Below, in pieces: positions 43,574 through 53,850 of a DNA stretch of 64,000 bases. The position numbers and the translations under genes were made by a program. The DNA lies in NCBI GenBank assembly GCA_963808625.1, contig CAWEHK010000033.1:1-64000 (forward strand). The letters are read 5' to 3'. Origin of the DNA: an uncultured delta proteobacterium (GTDB taxonomy: Bacteria > Desulfobacterota > Syntrophobacteria > Syntrophobacterales > Syntrophobacteraceae). The notes below the pieces were generated by a model. It saw only the letters and a program-made list of their open reading frames with translations, was not told where the DNA came from and made no database searches. Numbering within the stretch: position 1 is the stretch's first letter; each line of letters starts with the position of its first letter.

Positions 43574-44648
43574 ATGGCCATGAAAACATCTCAAGAGCAA
43601 AATTCGCCAAAATCCTTCTCACTGGAGGAGGTCGCCCATCTCACGGGGACAAGAATCAAGGGAAATCCGCAAATTCGCGTTTATGGTATTGGCTCGGTCG
43701 AGAATGCCACCCCTGATCAACTGAGCTTCATCAGCGATGAGCGCTACCTGCCTTTGATAGCCGACTGTCAAGCAGCAGTGCTGATTGTCCCGCCCGCTCT
43801 CGAATACCTCGATCGCCCATTGCTCATCTCCTCCCGGCCATACCTGGCCATGGCGCGCGCCGCACAGCTTTTTTCGAGCCCCCCTTATCTGCCGGCCGGC
43901 ATCCACGAGACCGCATCGATTGGTGAAGCGGCCCGTCTGGGAGACTGCGTGCGGGTCGGCCCCTTGGCCCAAATCGGTTGCCGCAGCCGGATCGGCGAGG
44001 GGACCAGGGTCTATGGCGGGGCCTACCTGGGGTGCGATGTTGAGGTCGGCGAGGATTGCCTCATCTATCCGGGCGTGACCATACTCGACCGGTTGCCGCA
44101 TTGGCAACCGAGTCATTATCCACAGTGGCACGGTCGTCGGCAGTGACGGTTTTGGCTTTGCTCAGGATGAAATGGGGCGCCACATCAAGATCCCGCAAAC
44201 CGGCATCGTCCAGATCGACGACGATGTGGAGATTGGGGCCAACTGCACCATCGATCGCGCAGCCTTCGGACGAACCTGGATCCAGCGCGGGACAAAAATC
44301 GACAATTTGGTCCAGATAGCCCACAATGTAGTCATCGGGGAGCATTCCATCCTCATTGCTCAGGTAGGGGTTTCCGGCAGCACGCGCCTCGGCAAACACG
44401 TTGTTCTCGCGGGGCAGGTGGGAGTGGTGGGGCACATCGAAATCGGGGATGGCGTGCGGGTTGGAGCGCAGTCCGGTGTGGGTCGGTCGGTTAAGGCGGG
44501 AGAGGATGTGTCGGGCAGTCCCGTAATGCCCCACAAGGAATGGCTTAAAATGACTGTCAATGTCAAGCGTCTGCCCCAACTTAAGGCGGAGCTCAGACAA
44601 CTCAAAACGAAGGTCCGGGAGCTTGAGAAAGCCATACACGGGGAATAG
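43574..44648 (+). CDS. lpxD: UDP-3-O-acylglucosamine N-acyltransferase (frameshift at ~44090)
   Basis: Hexapeptide repeats, [26 protein letters not shown]. Confidence 0.95.
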
Positions 44649-44650
44649 CT

Positions 44651-45101
44651 ATGGAAAAGGACATCCTTGAGATCCTGAAGATGATGCCCCACCGATATCC
44701 GTTTCTTCTATTGGACCGAATTTTGGTCTTTAGTGAGGACGAAATCGTGGGCCTTAAGAATGTAACCATCAACGAGCCCTTTTTTCAGGGCCATTTTCCA
44801 ACTCACCCGGTTATGCCCGGTGTCCTTATCATCGAAGCCCTGGCACAGGCAGGTGGGCTCTGGGCGTTTTCCCATGCTCCCAAGAAGGAACGATCGGCGG
44901 TCTATTTGATGGGGCTGGACAAGGTGCGCTTTCGCAAGCCCGTGCGGCCGGGTGATCAGTTGATTCTGAAGCTCAGACTCATCAAACAAAGAGGTGCGGT
45001 GTTCAAAATGAAAGGGGAGGCCTTTGTCGACTGATCAGTTGGTGGCGGAGGCCGAGATTTTGGCGACTCTGGATCCCGGAAAGTCGGAGATGGATGCTTG
45101 A
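44651..45101 (+). CDS. fabZ: 3-hydroxyacyl-ACP dehydratase (frameshift at ~45030)
   Basis: PHRYPFLLLDR, NEPFFQGHFP, MPGVLIIEALAQ. Confidence 0.96.
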
Positions 45102-45128
45102 TTCGGTAGGAAGGAGATAGGCCCTCAT

Positions 45129-45905
45129 ATGGAGATTCATGCTACTGCGGTGGTGTCGCCCCGGGCGGAACTGGCTGAAGATGTGAAAATTGAAGCGTTT
45201 TCGATCATCGGCCCTCAAGTTACCATCGGGTCCGGTACGGTCGTCGGACCACATGCCATGATTGACGGCTGGACGACGATTGGTGAGCGCAACCGGATTT
45301 TCCCGTTTTCAACGATTGGCTATCCACCCCAGGACTTGAGCTACCGAGGAGAAGAGACCCAGCTGGTGATCGGGAACGATAACATCATCCGAGAGAATGT
45401 TACCATCAATCGCGGTACCCAGGGCGGCGGCGGCGTCACCCGAGTCGGCAACCGCAACTTGCTCATGGCCTATGCCCACGTTGCTCACGACTGCAATATC
45501 GGCAACTACGTCATCCTGGCAAATGCTACGACTCTGGGTGGACATGTGCGCATTGATGATTACGCCATCTTGGGGGGGTTGGTGGCCATCCACCAGTTTA
45601 TCCGCATCGGCGCTTATGCTTTTATCGGTGGAAAATCCGGACTGCGGATGGATATGCCGCCCTACATGCTTGCTTTCGGGGCCCCGGCCAAACTTTACGG
45701 TCCCAATTTAGTCGGGTTGAGGCGACACGGTTTCCCAAGAACCACGATCCAAGCACTGAAGAGCAGTTATCGGATCATGTTTCGCTCCGGGCTGACGATT
45801 GCCGACGCGATCAACGCCATCCGCCAGGAGGTTGACAGCATTCCGGAGGTGGAAAACCTCATAGCGTTCATGCAGGGTCGTTCAAAACGAGGGGTCACCA
45901 GGTAA
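45129..45905 (+). CDS. lpxA: UDP-N-acetylglucosamine acyltransferase
   Basis: IHATAVV, PQDLSY, HVAHDC, LGGHV, HQF.RIG. Confidence 0.96.
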   Translation: MEIHATAVVSPRAELAEDVKIEAFSIIGPQVTIGSGTVVGPHAMIDGWTTIGERNRIFPFSTIGYPPQDLSYRGEETQLVIGNDNIIRENVTINRGTQGGGGVTRVGNRNLLMAYAHVAHDCNIGNYVILANATTLGGHVRIDDYAILGGLVAIHQFIRIGAYAFIGGKSGLRMDMPPYMLAFGAPAKLYGPNLVGLRRHGFPRTTIQALKSSYRIMFRSGLTIADAINAIRQEVDSIPEVENLIAFMQGRSKRGVTR

Positions 45906-45924
45906 TACGGACAGGTAGTGTTGA

Positions 45925-47874
45925 ATGGACGACGCCTTTGTGAATCCTCAGAAGGATCTTCAAAAAATTGGCTTGATTGCAGGGAGCGGACAATTTCCGC
46001 TCCTTTTTGCTCATGCCGCCGCGGAATCCGGTCTCCAGGTTGTGGCCGTGGGCTTTCAGGGCGAGACCGATGTTGCCCTTGCAGAACACGTCGAAGAATT
46101 CCATCTGCTCAAACTGGGCCAGCTCAATCGGCTGATTCGCGCCTTCCAGAAGGCGGGTATAACCCGAGCTGCAATGGCCGGGGCCATCAACAAAACCAGG
46201 ATCTACGCCCGCATTCGTCCGGACTGGCGTGCCGTCAAACTCCTGAACAAACTCAGAAATAAGAAAGATGACTTCCTCCTCAGGGCTATTGCACAGGAAC
46301 TGGAGGCGGATGGAATCCGGATCGAAGCATCCACCATCCTGCTCCCGACGCTTCTTGCACCCGAGGGTATCCTGACGCGCCGCAAGCCGAACCGGCGGGA
46401 AGAACAGGACATGGCCTTTGGCTGGAGGTTGGCGAAAGGGATGGGGCATTTGGACGTCGGCCAGTGCCTCGTGGTCAAGAACCAGTCGGTCCTGGCCGTA
46501 GAGGGCATCGATGGCACCGATGCCACAATCGTTCGCGGCGGGGACCTCTGCCGTGAGGGCGCGGTGGTCATTAAGGTGAGCAAGCCTCGACAGGATCTAA
46601 GGTTTGACGTTCCGGCCGTAGGGCTTGAAACCGTAGCCACAATGAAGCGGGTGAATGCCAAAGTGCTGGTGATTGAGGCCGGGAAAACCATAATCTTCGA
46701 CCAGGAGAGAATGATTGATGCTGCCGATACCGCGGGAATCAGCGTCGTGGTCCAAAAGGATCTGACGGAATATGGTCCGGAGCGTTTGAATCTCACCGAA
46801 GGCGGGGGTCCAGACTTTGACTCCCTGCTGTTGCCGCCATCCCGTCCCGCCCCTGCGCCGCCAAGCATCCTGTTGCGAAAAAGCAGGTCTGATGCTGTGC
46901 GGGTTGGCGTGGTGGGAGTCGGCTACCTCGGGGGGTTTCATGCACAGAAGTACGCGCGGCTGCCGGAAGCCGGCCTTATTGCCGTTGCCGACCCCGATGA
47001 AGGCCGTGCAAGAGCGGTTGCCGCTCAGCTTGAAACCGAATTCACGGTGAATTATCGGGAACTCATCGGACGGGTGGAGGCGGTCAGCATTGCCGCGCCG
47101 ACCCCACTGCACCACCCCATCGCCAGAGACTTTCTCGAGGCCGGTGTTCATGTGCTGTTGGAAAAGCCCATGACGCAAACCGTTGCCGAGGCAGATGACC
47201 TGATTGCCCTGGCTGCGCGCAACGGCTGCATCCTCCAGATCGGCCACCTCGAACGCTTCAATTCCGCCTTCAGCGCCATCCATCCACATCTCAGGAATCC
47301 AATGTTTGTGGAAGCCGACCGCCTTGCGCTCTTTAACGAGCGGGGGTTGGATGTTGATGTCGTGCTGGATCTCATGATTCACGATATCGATATTGTCATG
47401 CATATCATTGATTCACCCCTGAAAGAACTTCGTGCATCCGGGGTGGCCGTGCTGACGGCTTTGCCCGACATCGCCAGTGTTCGGATGGAGTTTGCGAACG
47501 GGGCCGTCGCAAACCTCACTGCCAGCCGTATTTCCACCAAAAACATGCGGAAACTTCGCGTGTTTCAGGGAAATTCATATCTCGTCGCGGACTTCGCCGA
47601 ACGTCGGGCCTATGCCGTGTACCGAGAGGAAGAGCCCGATGAAGACGGATATCCTCAGGTCTCGATGGAAGACATGGAAATCGAGGAGCACGACGCGCTG
47701 GAGGATGAGATCTTCGCTTTTCTCAAGGCAATCAGAAGCGGCGGGGACCCCGCGGTGGGCGGCAGAGAAGGCAAGCGCGCACTGAGCGTTGCCTTGGAGA
47801 TATCATCCCAAATCGAGCAACAGATGCGGACGGGATGGCAGGACTCAGGAGGCGGGTCATCAAAGTTTTTCTGA
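45925..47874 (+). CDS. lpxI: LpxI (UDP-2,3-diacylglucosamine hydrolase) fused to a Gfo/Idh/MocA (GnnA-like) oxidoreductase
   Basis: N-half GLIAGSGQFP, LDVGQ, AVEGIDGTD, QDLRFDVPAVG; Pro-rich linker; C-half VGVGYLGGFHA, EKPM, GHLERFN, DLMIHDID. Confidence 0.9.
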   Translation: MDDAFVNPQKDLQKIGLIAGSGQFPLLFAHAAAESGLQVVAVGFQGETDVALAEHVEEFHLLKLGQLNRLIRAFQKAGITRAAMAGAINKTRIYARIRPDWRAVKLLNKLRNKKDDFLLRAIAQELEADGIRIEASTILLPTLLAPEGILTRRKPNRREEQDMAFGWRLAKGMGHLDVGQCLVVKNQSVLAVEGIDGTDATIVRGGDLCREGAVVIKVSKPRQDLRFDVPAVGLETVATMKRVNAKVLVIEAGKTIIFDQERMIDAADTAGISVVVQKDLTEYGPERLNLTEGGGPDFDSLLLPPSRPAPAPPSILLRKSRSDAVRVGVVGVGYLGGFHAQKYARLPEAGLIAVADPDEGRARAVAAQLETEFTVNYRELIGRVEAVSIAAPTPLHHPIARDFLEAGVHVLLEKPMTQTVAEADDLIALAARNGCILQIGHLERFNSAFSAIHPHLRNPMFVEADRLALFNERGLDVDVVLDLMIHDIDIVMHIIDSPLKELRASGVAVLTALPDIASVRMEFANGAVANLTASRISTKNMRKLRVFQGNSYLVADFAERRAYAVYREEEPDEDGYPQVSMEDMEIEEHDALEDEIFAFLKAIRSGGDPAVGGREGKRALSVALEISSQIEQQMRTGWQDSGGGSSKFF

Positions 47875-48980
47875 GCGCCGGAGAGGCTTCGGGCGATTTG
47901 CACGGCTCCTATCTGGTGCGAGCCCTTAAGGCCCGTGCTCCCGGCATCCAGATCACGTGTATGGGAGGACCTCTTCTCCAAAACGCAGGGGCTGAGGTCC
48001 TGGTGGACCATCGGCGGCTGTCGGTGGTGGGCGTCTCTGAGGTTGCAGGCCACCTCAAAGTGCTCTATGGAGCGTGGCGAACCATCACCACTCATCTTCG
48101 CAGAAACCTTCCTGATAGGGTTATCCTTATAGACTTTCCGGACTTTAATTTCCTCCTTGCCCGGGCCGCCAAGCGCCTCGGAATCAGAGTGTTTTACTAT
48201 ATCAGCCCGCAGGTGTGGGCGTGGAGGAGCGGCAGGGTGCGGACCATCAGACGGCTCGTTGATCGGATGGCAGTGATTTTACCCTTCGAGACCGAATTCT
48301 ATGCTCAATTCAACATGAAAGTGGACTTTGTGGGGCACCCCCTCCTGGATGTTCTGCCGGCTCCACCGCTTCCTGAGCAGGCAAGAGCACGACACCGGTG
48401 GCCAGGTTCAGGACCGCTCATTGGACTTCTGCCGGGCAGTCGCCGGAGCGAAATTCGATCGCTCCTTCCCATTTTTCTGGATGCGGCTGAGATCATCAAA
48501 GATCGTTTGCCTGACGCTTCCTTTATCATTCCTGTTGCCTCTTCTCTTCATCCCTCTTTGTTCGAGGCTGACGTATCGGAGCACGGACTCCCGGTGCGCC
48601 TGGCGACCGGCGACACCTACGGCGTCATGCGCGCCTGTGACCTTCTGCTGACGGTCTCCGGTACGGCAACCTTGGAAGCCGCCATCCTGGGCTCTCCGAT
48701 GATCATTGTTAACAGAGTCTCCAATCTGAGTTATCATCTGGGTCGACACCTGATCCGGGTGAGCTTCATCGGCCTTCCCAATTTGATCGCCGGCCGGCAG
48801 ATTGTGCCCGAATTTATTCAAAGTGATGCCCGACCGGAGCTTATTGCGGCGTCGGCACTGAGCCTGCTGGAGCATCCGGAGCGGCTAAAAGAGCAGCGGC
48901 AAGAACTCGGGTTGATCAGAAACAAGTTGGGAGAGGCCGGGGTGGCGGATCGGGTCGCTGAGCTTGCGCTCCAAAATTAA
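47835..48980 (+). CDS. lpxB: Lipid A disaccharide synthase
   Basis: AGEASGDLHG, IDFPDFN, SPQVWAWR, LLPGSR, SGTATLE. Confidence 0.96.
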   Translation: MAGLRRRVIKVFLSAGEASGDLHGSYLVRALKARAPGIQITCMGGPLLQNAGAEVLVDHRRLSVVGVSEVAGHLKVLYGAWRTITTHLRRNLPDRVILIDFPDFNFLLARAAKRLGIRVFYYISPQVWAWRSGRVRTIRRLVDRMAVILPFETEFYAQFNMKVDFVGHPLLDVLPAPPLPEQARARHRWPGSGPLIGLLPGSRRSEIRSLLPIFLDAAEIIKDRLPDASFIIPVASSLHPSLFEADVSEHGLPVRLATGDTYGVMRACDLLLTVSGTATLEAAILGSPMIIVNRVSNLSYHLGRHLIRVSFIGLPNLIAGRQIVPEFIQSDARPELIAASALSLLEHPERLKEQRQELGLIRNKLGEAGVADRVAELALQN

Positions 48981-49006
48981 GTGTTCTGATGAAGGAGAGG
49001 ACTCCT

Positions 49007-49570
49007 ATGAACGCCTATGCCGATTTTTTGGTGCGAGAAAATTGCATCATGCTGCTTGTGGATATTCAAAAAGTCATGCTCGATCCTTGTGTGGATCATA
49101 ATCTGGTAACCAAAAACGCTGCCGCGCTACTCGATATCGCCGGAATTCTTGAAGTCCCGATCATGTTTTCGGTTCACAACACAGAGAAGTTGGGTGGTTT
49201 TTTGCCGGAACTGTTGCAGAGAGTCTCTCTGCCGGCAATTTACCCCAAGCTGGAGTTCAGCTGTCTGGAAAATGAGGGTATCTTCCGCGCGCTGCAGCAG
49301 TCCGGGCGCCGAACCCTGCTGCTGGTCGGCTTGGAAACGCATGTGTGTATCTTTCATACCGGCGCCCATGCCTTGCGCTTGGGCTATCGCGTACATGTTG
49401 CCGCCGACGCTGTGACTTCCAGGAGCAAGATCAACCGGGAGGTCGGTTTGCGGCGTCTGGAAAGGGCTGGAGCGGTGATCAGTTCCACGGAAATGATCAT
49501 TTTCGAGCTCCTCAATCGGGCGGGAACGCCGGAATTTCGTGCCGCTTTGCCTTTGCTCAAAACGCTCTAA
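49007..49570 (+). CDS. Isochorismatase-family cysteine hydrolase
   Basis: LLVDIQ, KLEFSC, GLETHVC, STEMIIFEL. Confidence 0.9.
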   Translation: MNAYADFLVRENCIMLLVDIQKVMLDPCVDHNLVTKNAAALLDIAGILEVPIMFSVHNTEKLGGFLPELLQRVSLPAIYPKLEFSCLENEGIFRALQQSGRRTLLLVGLETHVCIFHTGAHALRLGYRVHVAADAVTSRSKINREVGLRRLERAGAVISSTEMIIFELLNRAGTPEFRAALPLLKTL

Positions 49571-49581
49571 CGAGGGGCAGA

Positions 49582-50433
49582 TCAGGGTTTTGCCAGGCAT
49601 TGGCGGACACTCGTCATCGGAAATCGCCTGCCCGGGCAATCCGTGGCTGCCCCCGGTGCATCACGGTGGCCGATGATGTGGGTAACTGGAATATGGTAAT
49701 AATCACATAGGGTTTTCAGGAGATAGTTCAGCGACTGAAGCTGACTGGCCGTGGGAGGTTCGGAATTGAAGTTCCCGACAAGGCCGATTCCGATTCCCTT
49801 CTCGTTCATTCCCGCCACATTGCAGTGCGCGCCGCCCTGTTGTTTGATCCAGCGGGGCGCCACTTCAATTTGACCGTCACCTTTCCCCAAGGTCCCATTA
49901 TCGATCAGGAAATGGTACCCCAACCCATTCCAGAAACCTCGGTCCTGATGCGAACGGTTGATGAGATAAGCCTTGCCGACATCGGTAGCGGTGTGGTGAA
50001 TGACGACATATTTCCACCGCGAGCTGGGGTAAAGCGCGATAACATTGCGAAGAGCTTTGGCATTTGGAATGACGAGCTTTTGGCCCTGGTGTATGGGATT
50101 GCCGGGTTTTAGAGAATTCGCCGTATAGATCGCCTCCGGGGAGACATCGTACATTCTGGAGATTCTCCAAACGGTTTCGAGCGGAGCCACTTCATGGATG
50201 ATGGTTTGGGTGGTCCCCGGGTCAACAAAGCATTTTTCTACAACCTTTGGGCCCACGTCAGAGGACTGAGAGGGTTTGGTGGGAGGCGGGAGGGAGCCGG
50301 TGGAAGAGGCGGACCCTCCGGGCGGCAATGTGGCAACCTTGTGGGTGCAGCCGGCTGGAACCAACATAATGAAGAAAACCAGCACGAAACTGACGGTCCC
50401 CCGGGAACAGAAGGAAAAGAAAGTCTTCATCAT
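49582..50433 (-). CDS. LysM + N-acetylmuramoyl-L-alanine amidase (Amidase_2) lipoprotein
   Basis: PAGC lipobox, HEVAPLETVWRISRMY (LysM), VIHHTA, GYHFLI, GAHC, IGHRD..TDCPG. Confidence 0.9.
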   Translation of the reverse strand: MMKTFFSFCSRGTVSFVLVFFIMLVPAGCTHKVATLPPGGSASSTGSLPPPTKPSQSSDVGPKVVEKCFVDPGTTQTIIHEVAPLETVWRISRMYDVSPEAIYTANSLKPGNPIHQGQKLVIPNAKALRNVIALYPSSRWKYVVIHHTATDVGKAYLINRSHQDRGFWNGLGYHFLIDNGTLGKGDGQIEVAPRWIKQQGGAHCNVAGMNEKGIGIGLVGNFNSEPPTASQLQSLNYLLKTLCDYYHIPVTHIIGHRDAPGAATDCPGRRFPMTSVRQCLAKP

Positions 50434-50555
50434 AATGGTCTCTCTAGCGGGCCATTGCCGTGAAGCATCTTAGGATAAAGCCAAGGTGCACCTACGTTCT
50501 TTCATCTTAAAGATGTTTTGCGTGTTTTCAAGTGTCAATTTCGATGGAAATCTTC

Positions 50556-50585
50556 TTGACAATCCCTTTTCTTTTTAGTTAGTCT
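50556..50585 (+). promoter_or_regulatory. Candidate sigma70 promoter of the aroF-tyrA leader
   Basis: TTGACA-N18-TAGTCT. Confidence 0.5.
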
Positions 50586-50615
50586 TCCGACCGAAACTGA
50601 AACCGAGGAGAGGTG

Positions 50616-50681
50616 ATGTTTACCAAGTATTACCGCTATTATTATTGCAGCGAAATTCCGGGGAGCGCTGGGGATATGTAA
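50616..50681 (+). CDS. Tyr-rich attenuator leader peptide MFTKYYRYYYCSEIPGSAGDM
   Basis: RBS gaggagagg; 5 Tyr codons within 6; precedes DAHP synthase and prephenate dehydrogenase. Confidence 0.85.
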   Translation: MFTKYYRYYYCSEIPGSAGDM

Positions 50682-50713
50682 GGCTGCCGATTTATTTTAA
50701 GTGAGTGCATCGA

Positions 50714-50755
50714 AGCCGTGGGTGTCCCGGAGTGATCCCGCGGCTCTTTTGTTTT
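50714..50755 (+). terminator. Attenuator terminator 1
   Basis: agccgtggg...cccgcggct followed by cttttgtttt. Confidence 0.8.
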
Positions 50756-50776
50756 CAGATTCAATGAAAGAATTCG

Positions 50777-50810
50777 GGCCGTGGGAATCAAATTCCCAAT
50801 GGCCTTTTTT
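50777..50810 (+). terminator. Second leader terminator
   Basis: ggccgtgggaat-caa-attcccaatggcc followed by tttttt. Confidence 0.75.
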
Positions 50811-50873
50811 CTTGGCACAGAGCGTCCTGTCGAAGAGATGCCCTGGCCCTTCTTTCAAGGAGGTAAAACGTTC

Positions 50874-51888
50874 ATGATTATTGTATTGAAACCCGGACAC
50901 GAGGATGAGGATCTGCATCGGCTGGTAAGGCGCCTTGAAGACCTTGGCTTCCGAGCCCATATCTCAAAAGGCGAGCATCGGACCATCGTAGGGGCCATCG
51001 GGGATGAGCGCTCTTTACGAGAGGTTCCCCTGGAATCAATGCCGGGGGTGGAATCGGTATTGCCCATCCTTAAGCCTTACAAGCTGGTCAGCAGGGAATT
51101 CAAACCAGAAGACACCGTCATCAAAGTAGACGGACAGGAAATCGGAGGCCAAAAGATCCAGATTTTTGCAGGACCTTGTGCGGTTGAAAGCTCGGGAGGT
51201 TCTGGAGGAGATTGCTGAAGCCCTGCTCCCTTCGGGGGTTCATTTTCTCCGCGGCGGGGCGTTCAAACCTCGAACTTCGCCATACGCTTTTCAAGGCTGG
51301 GGTGAAAAGGGCCTTAAGTTTCTGGATGCGGTTCGGGAACGAACCGGAATGCTGGTTGTGACGGAGCTCATGGACCCCAGAGACACCGTCCTGGTGTGCA
51401 GATACGCGGATATCATCCAGATCGGCACCAGAAATATGCAGAATTTCAGGCTGTTGACGGAAGTGGGAAATATTGAGAAGCCGGTTATCCTGAAGCGTGG
51501 TATGAGCGCAACCATTAAGGAATTTTTGATGTCGGCCGAATACATTTTGGCACAGGGGAACGAGAGAGTCATCCTCTGTGAGCGGGGAATTCGGACCTTT
51601 GAAACCGAAACTCGCAACACTCTTGACATCAGCGCCGTTCCTTTGCTGAAACAGTTGACGCATCTGCCGGTGATCGTTGATCCAAGCCATGCAGTCGGTC
51701 GGGCGGATCTCGTTCCGGCAGTTTCCAAAGCGGCCATTGCAGCCGGAGCCGACGGCTTGCTTATAGAAGTGCACGTCAGGCCGGAGGAAGCATTCAGCGA
51801 CGGCCCTCAGTCGTTGCGGCCTCGGGCTTTTGACAAGATGATCGAGGAATGCCGCCTTGTGGCGACGGCGGTGGGGCGGACCCTTTAG
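50874..51888 (+). CDS. aroF: DAHP synthase type I-beta with N-terminal regulatory domain (frameshift at ~51190)
   Basis: [56 protein letters not shown]. Confidence 0.95.
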
Positions 51889-52001
51889 CCGACTGTTGAA
51901 AAACCGTCTCACAGCGATTATTGGATAACGAAGCCGATAGTGAGCCGGTTATTCGGGTAGACTTTTTCTCCAATCGTTCGCGGTTTTTAGAAGGACCCCT
52001 C

Positions 52002-52930
52002 ATGGATGCCCAACAGCACCCCCCTCATTTTCGGCCTGACCAGGAAGAAGGCGAACTGCTGCGCTGGGGACGCGGAAGAACGATCGGGATTATCGGTGGT
52101 AATGGCCAGATGGGCCAATTGTTCGGTCGTTTCTTTGAGACCCAAGGATATCAGGTGTTCGTCTCCGACCGTGACCCGGGTCATGACAACAAAGAGATCA
52201 TGCGAATATCCGATATGGTCCTTTTTGCGGTGCCGCTTCACGAGACGGTGAACATCATCCGGGAGCTTGTTGTGCATGCTCGCCCCGAGCAGCTGCTTAT
52301 GGATTTGAGCAGCCTGAAGGTCGGTCCTGTGCAGGCAATGTTGCGCTCTCCTTCATCCGTTGTAGGACTGCATCCCATGTTTGGGGGAAACATTTCGTCC
52401 TTTGCCGGGCAAACCATCGTAGCCTGCCCGGTGCGCATTGATCCCTTTCGAATGGCGCTGTCTGCGGCAGACTGTTTGAAAATCAGGGGATCCGGGTTAA
52501 GGAATGCAGCCCGGAAAAACACGATTACATGATGAGTATTATCCAGGTGCTGTTTCATGTGACCACCATGCTGACCGGTCAGGGTCTTGCGGGACCTGGA
52601 AGTAGATGTTGGCCGAAACCATGGAATTTACAAGCCCCAGCTACCGGCTGGAGATGAATCTCCTCGGCCGAATGTTTGCTCAAAACCCTGCCCTCTACTC
52701 TGCGATTACCCAAATGAATCCCGTTCACCCGGGAGGTTCTCGACCATCTTGAAGCGGGTCTGAAGGTTACAAGGAATGGTATGGCGCTGCCGATTTCCCG
52801 GCATTTGTGGATGACTTCAAAAGGAGTGCCGAACATCTGGGGGATTTTTGTGAATCGGCATTCGAGGAGAGCTCTGCACTCCTGGACTTTGCCGTCAATT
52901 TGGCCCGATCCAGAAAAGAGCGACCGAGCA
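52002..52930 (+). CDS. tyrA: Prephenate dehydrogenase (several frameshifts; 3' end approximate)
   Basis: IGIIGGNGQMG, DLSSLK, GLHPMFG, HDYMMSIIQVL.H, QNPALY. Confidence 0.85.
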
Positions 52931-53548
52931 ACCGCCGGAAAAGGGCAGGGGGGTTAAGATTTTCTCACTCTTTTCAGCGACAACAAATCTTTCCAGACAA
53001 ACTCTTAGGCAGTCCTCACAATTGGAGGTCTGAGAACCCTTTTGGCAATATCGGGCAAAGGCGCTGAACCAGTCCAAGCCCGTACGGGGACACATCTTGA
53101 TGAATTCGAGAAAACGAACCAGACGATCGACGGCCATGGGGTCAATCGCGTGTTCAACACGGCAGGCATTGGCCTCAGCCTCTGGAGGATCCAGTTGCAG
53201 TGCCGAGATGAAGAATTCTTTGAGGGTTTCGTGGCGGCGGATGATATCCTGAGCAACCGTGCGCCCGGCGGAAGTCAAAGTGATGTAGCTATACGGACTG
53301 TAATTGATCAGCCCGCGACCCGCCAAGGCCTTGAGCGCCCCCGTTACCGAAGCGCGTTGAACACTCATCTGGTCGGCAATGTCTTTGGCGCGTGCCACGC
53401 GGTTAGACCGCTCCAGATGGTAGATGACCTCAAGATAATCTTCCAAGCTGGCAGAAAGCCCTTCCGGGAGATCCTGGATCATAGCTGATGCCTTTTCGTA
53501 GTTTTTGATCACCGCTTGCACCTTATCCGCTTCCTCACGGCACGTCAA
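52895..53548 (-). CDS. DtxR/MntR-family metal-dependent regulator with Cys-rich C-terminus
   Basis: SLEDYLEVIYHL, ARAKDIA, SVTGALK, RRHETL..FF, ACRVEHAI; start may be 53482. Confidence 0.92.
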   Translation of the reverse strand: MTCREEADKVQAVIKNYEKASAMIQDLPEGLSASLEDYLEVIYHLERSNRVARAKDIADQMSVQRASVTGALKALAGRGLINYSPYSYITLTSAGRTVAQDIIRRHETLKEFFISALQLDPPEAEANACRVEHAIDPMAVDRLVRFLEFIKMCPRTGLDWFSAFARYCQKGSQTSNCEDCLRVCLERFVVAEKSEKILTPLPFSGGCSVALFWIGPN

Positions 53549-53850
53549 GTTATCCAGTTGTCCCCGAAGTCACGCGAAACCCTTTTTCATCCACGAATGG
53601 ACACGAAGAAACACCAAGCAGAGATGATCATCGATTTACTTCGGGGGGCAACCGCGAGGCTATCTGCCGCACCTCTGCGGCATCTCTCGGGAGGAACTGG
53701 AGAAAAGGCTGGAAGCTTATCAGGGCTCTCGTCGCCAGTCGGTCGCAGCTGATGGAAGACGTGACAGACCTTGCATAAGAGGCCTGTTGGCAAGACCGGC
53801 AGATCACGACACGGCCACCTCGCGCTCTCAGTGATGCGGGCGGCTCTCAT

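Noticed and set aside
40194..52930. Frameshifts in bamA, skp, lpxD, fabZ, aroF and tyrA as pseudogenisation or programmed frameshifting
   Set aside because: They hit essential genes, lack a shared slippery motif and occur throughout the window; uncorrected sequencing indels are far more likely
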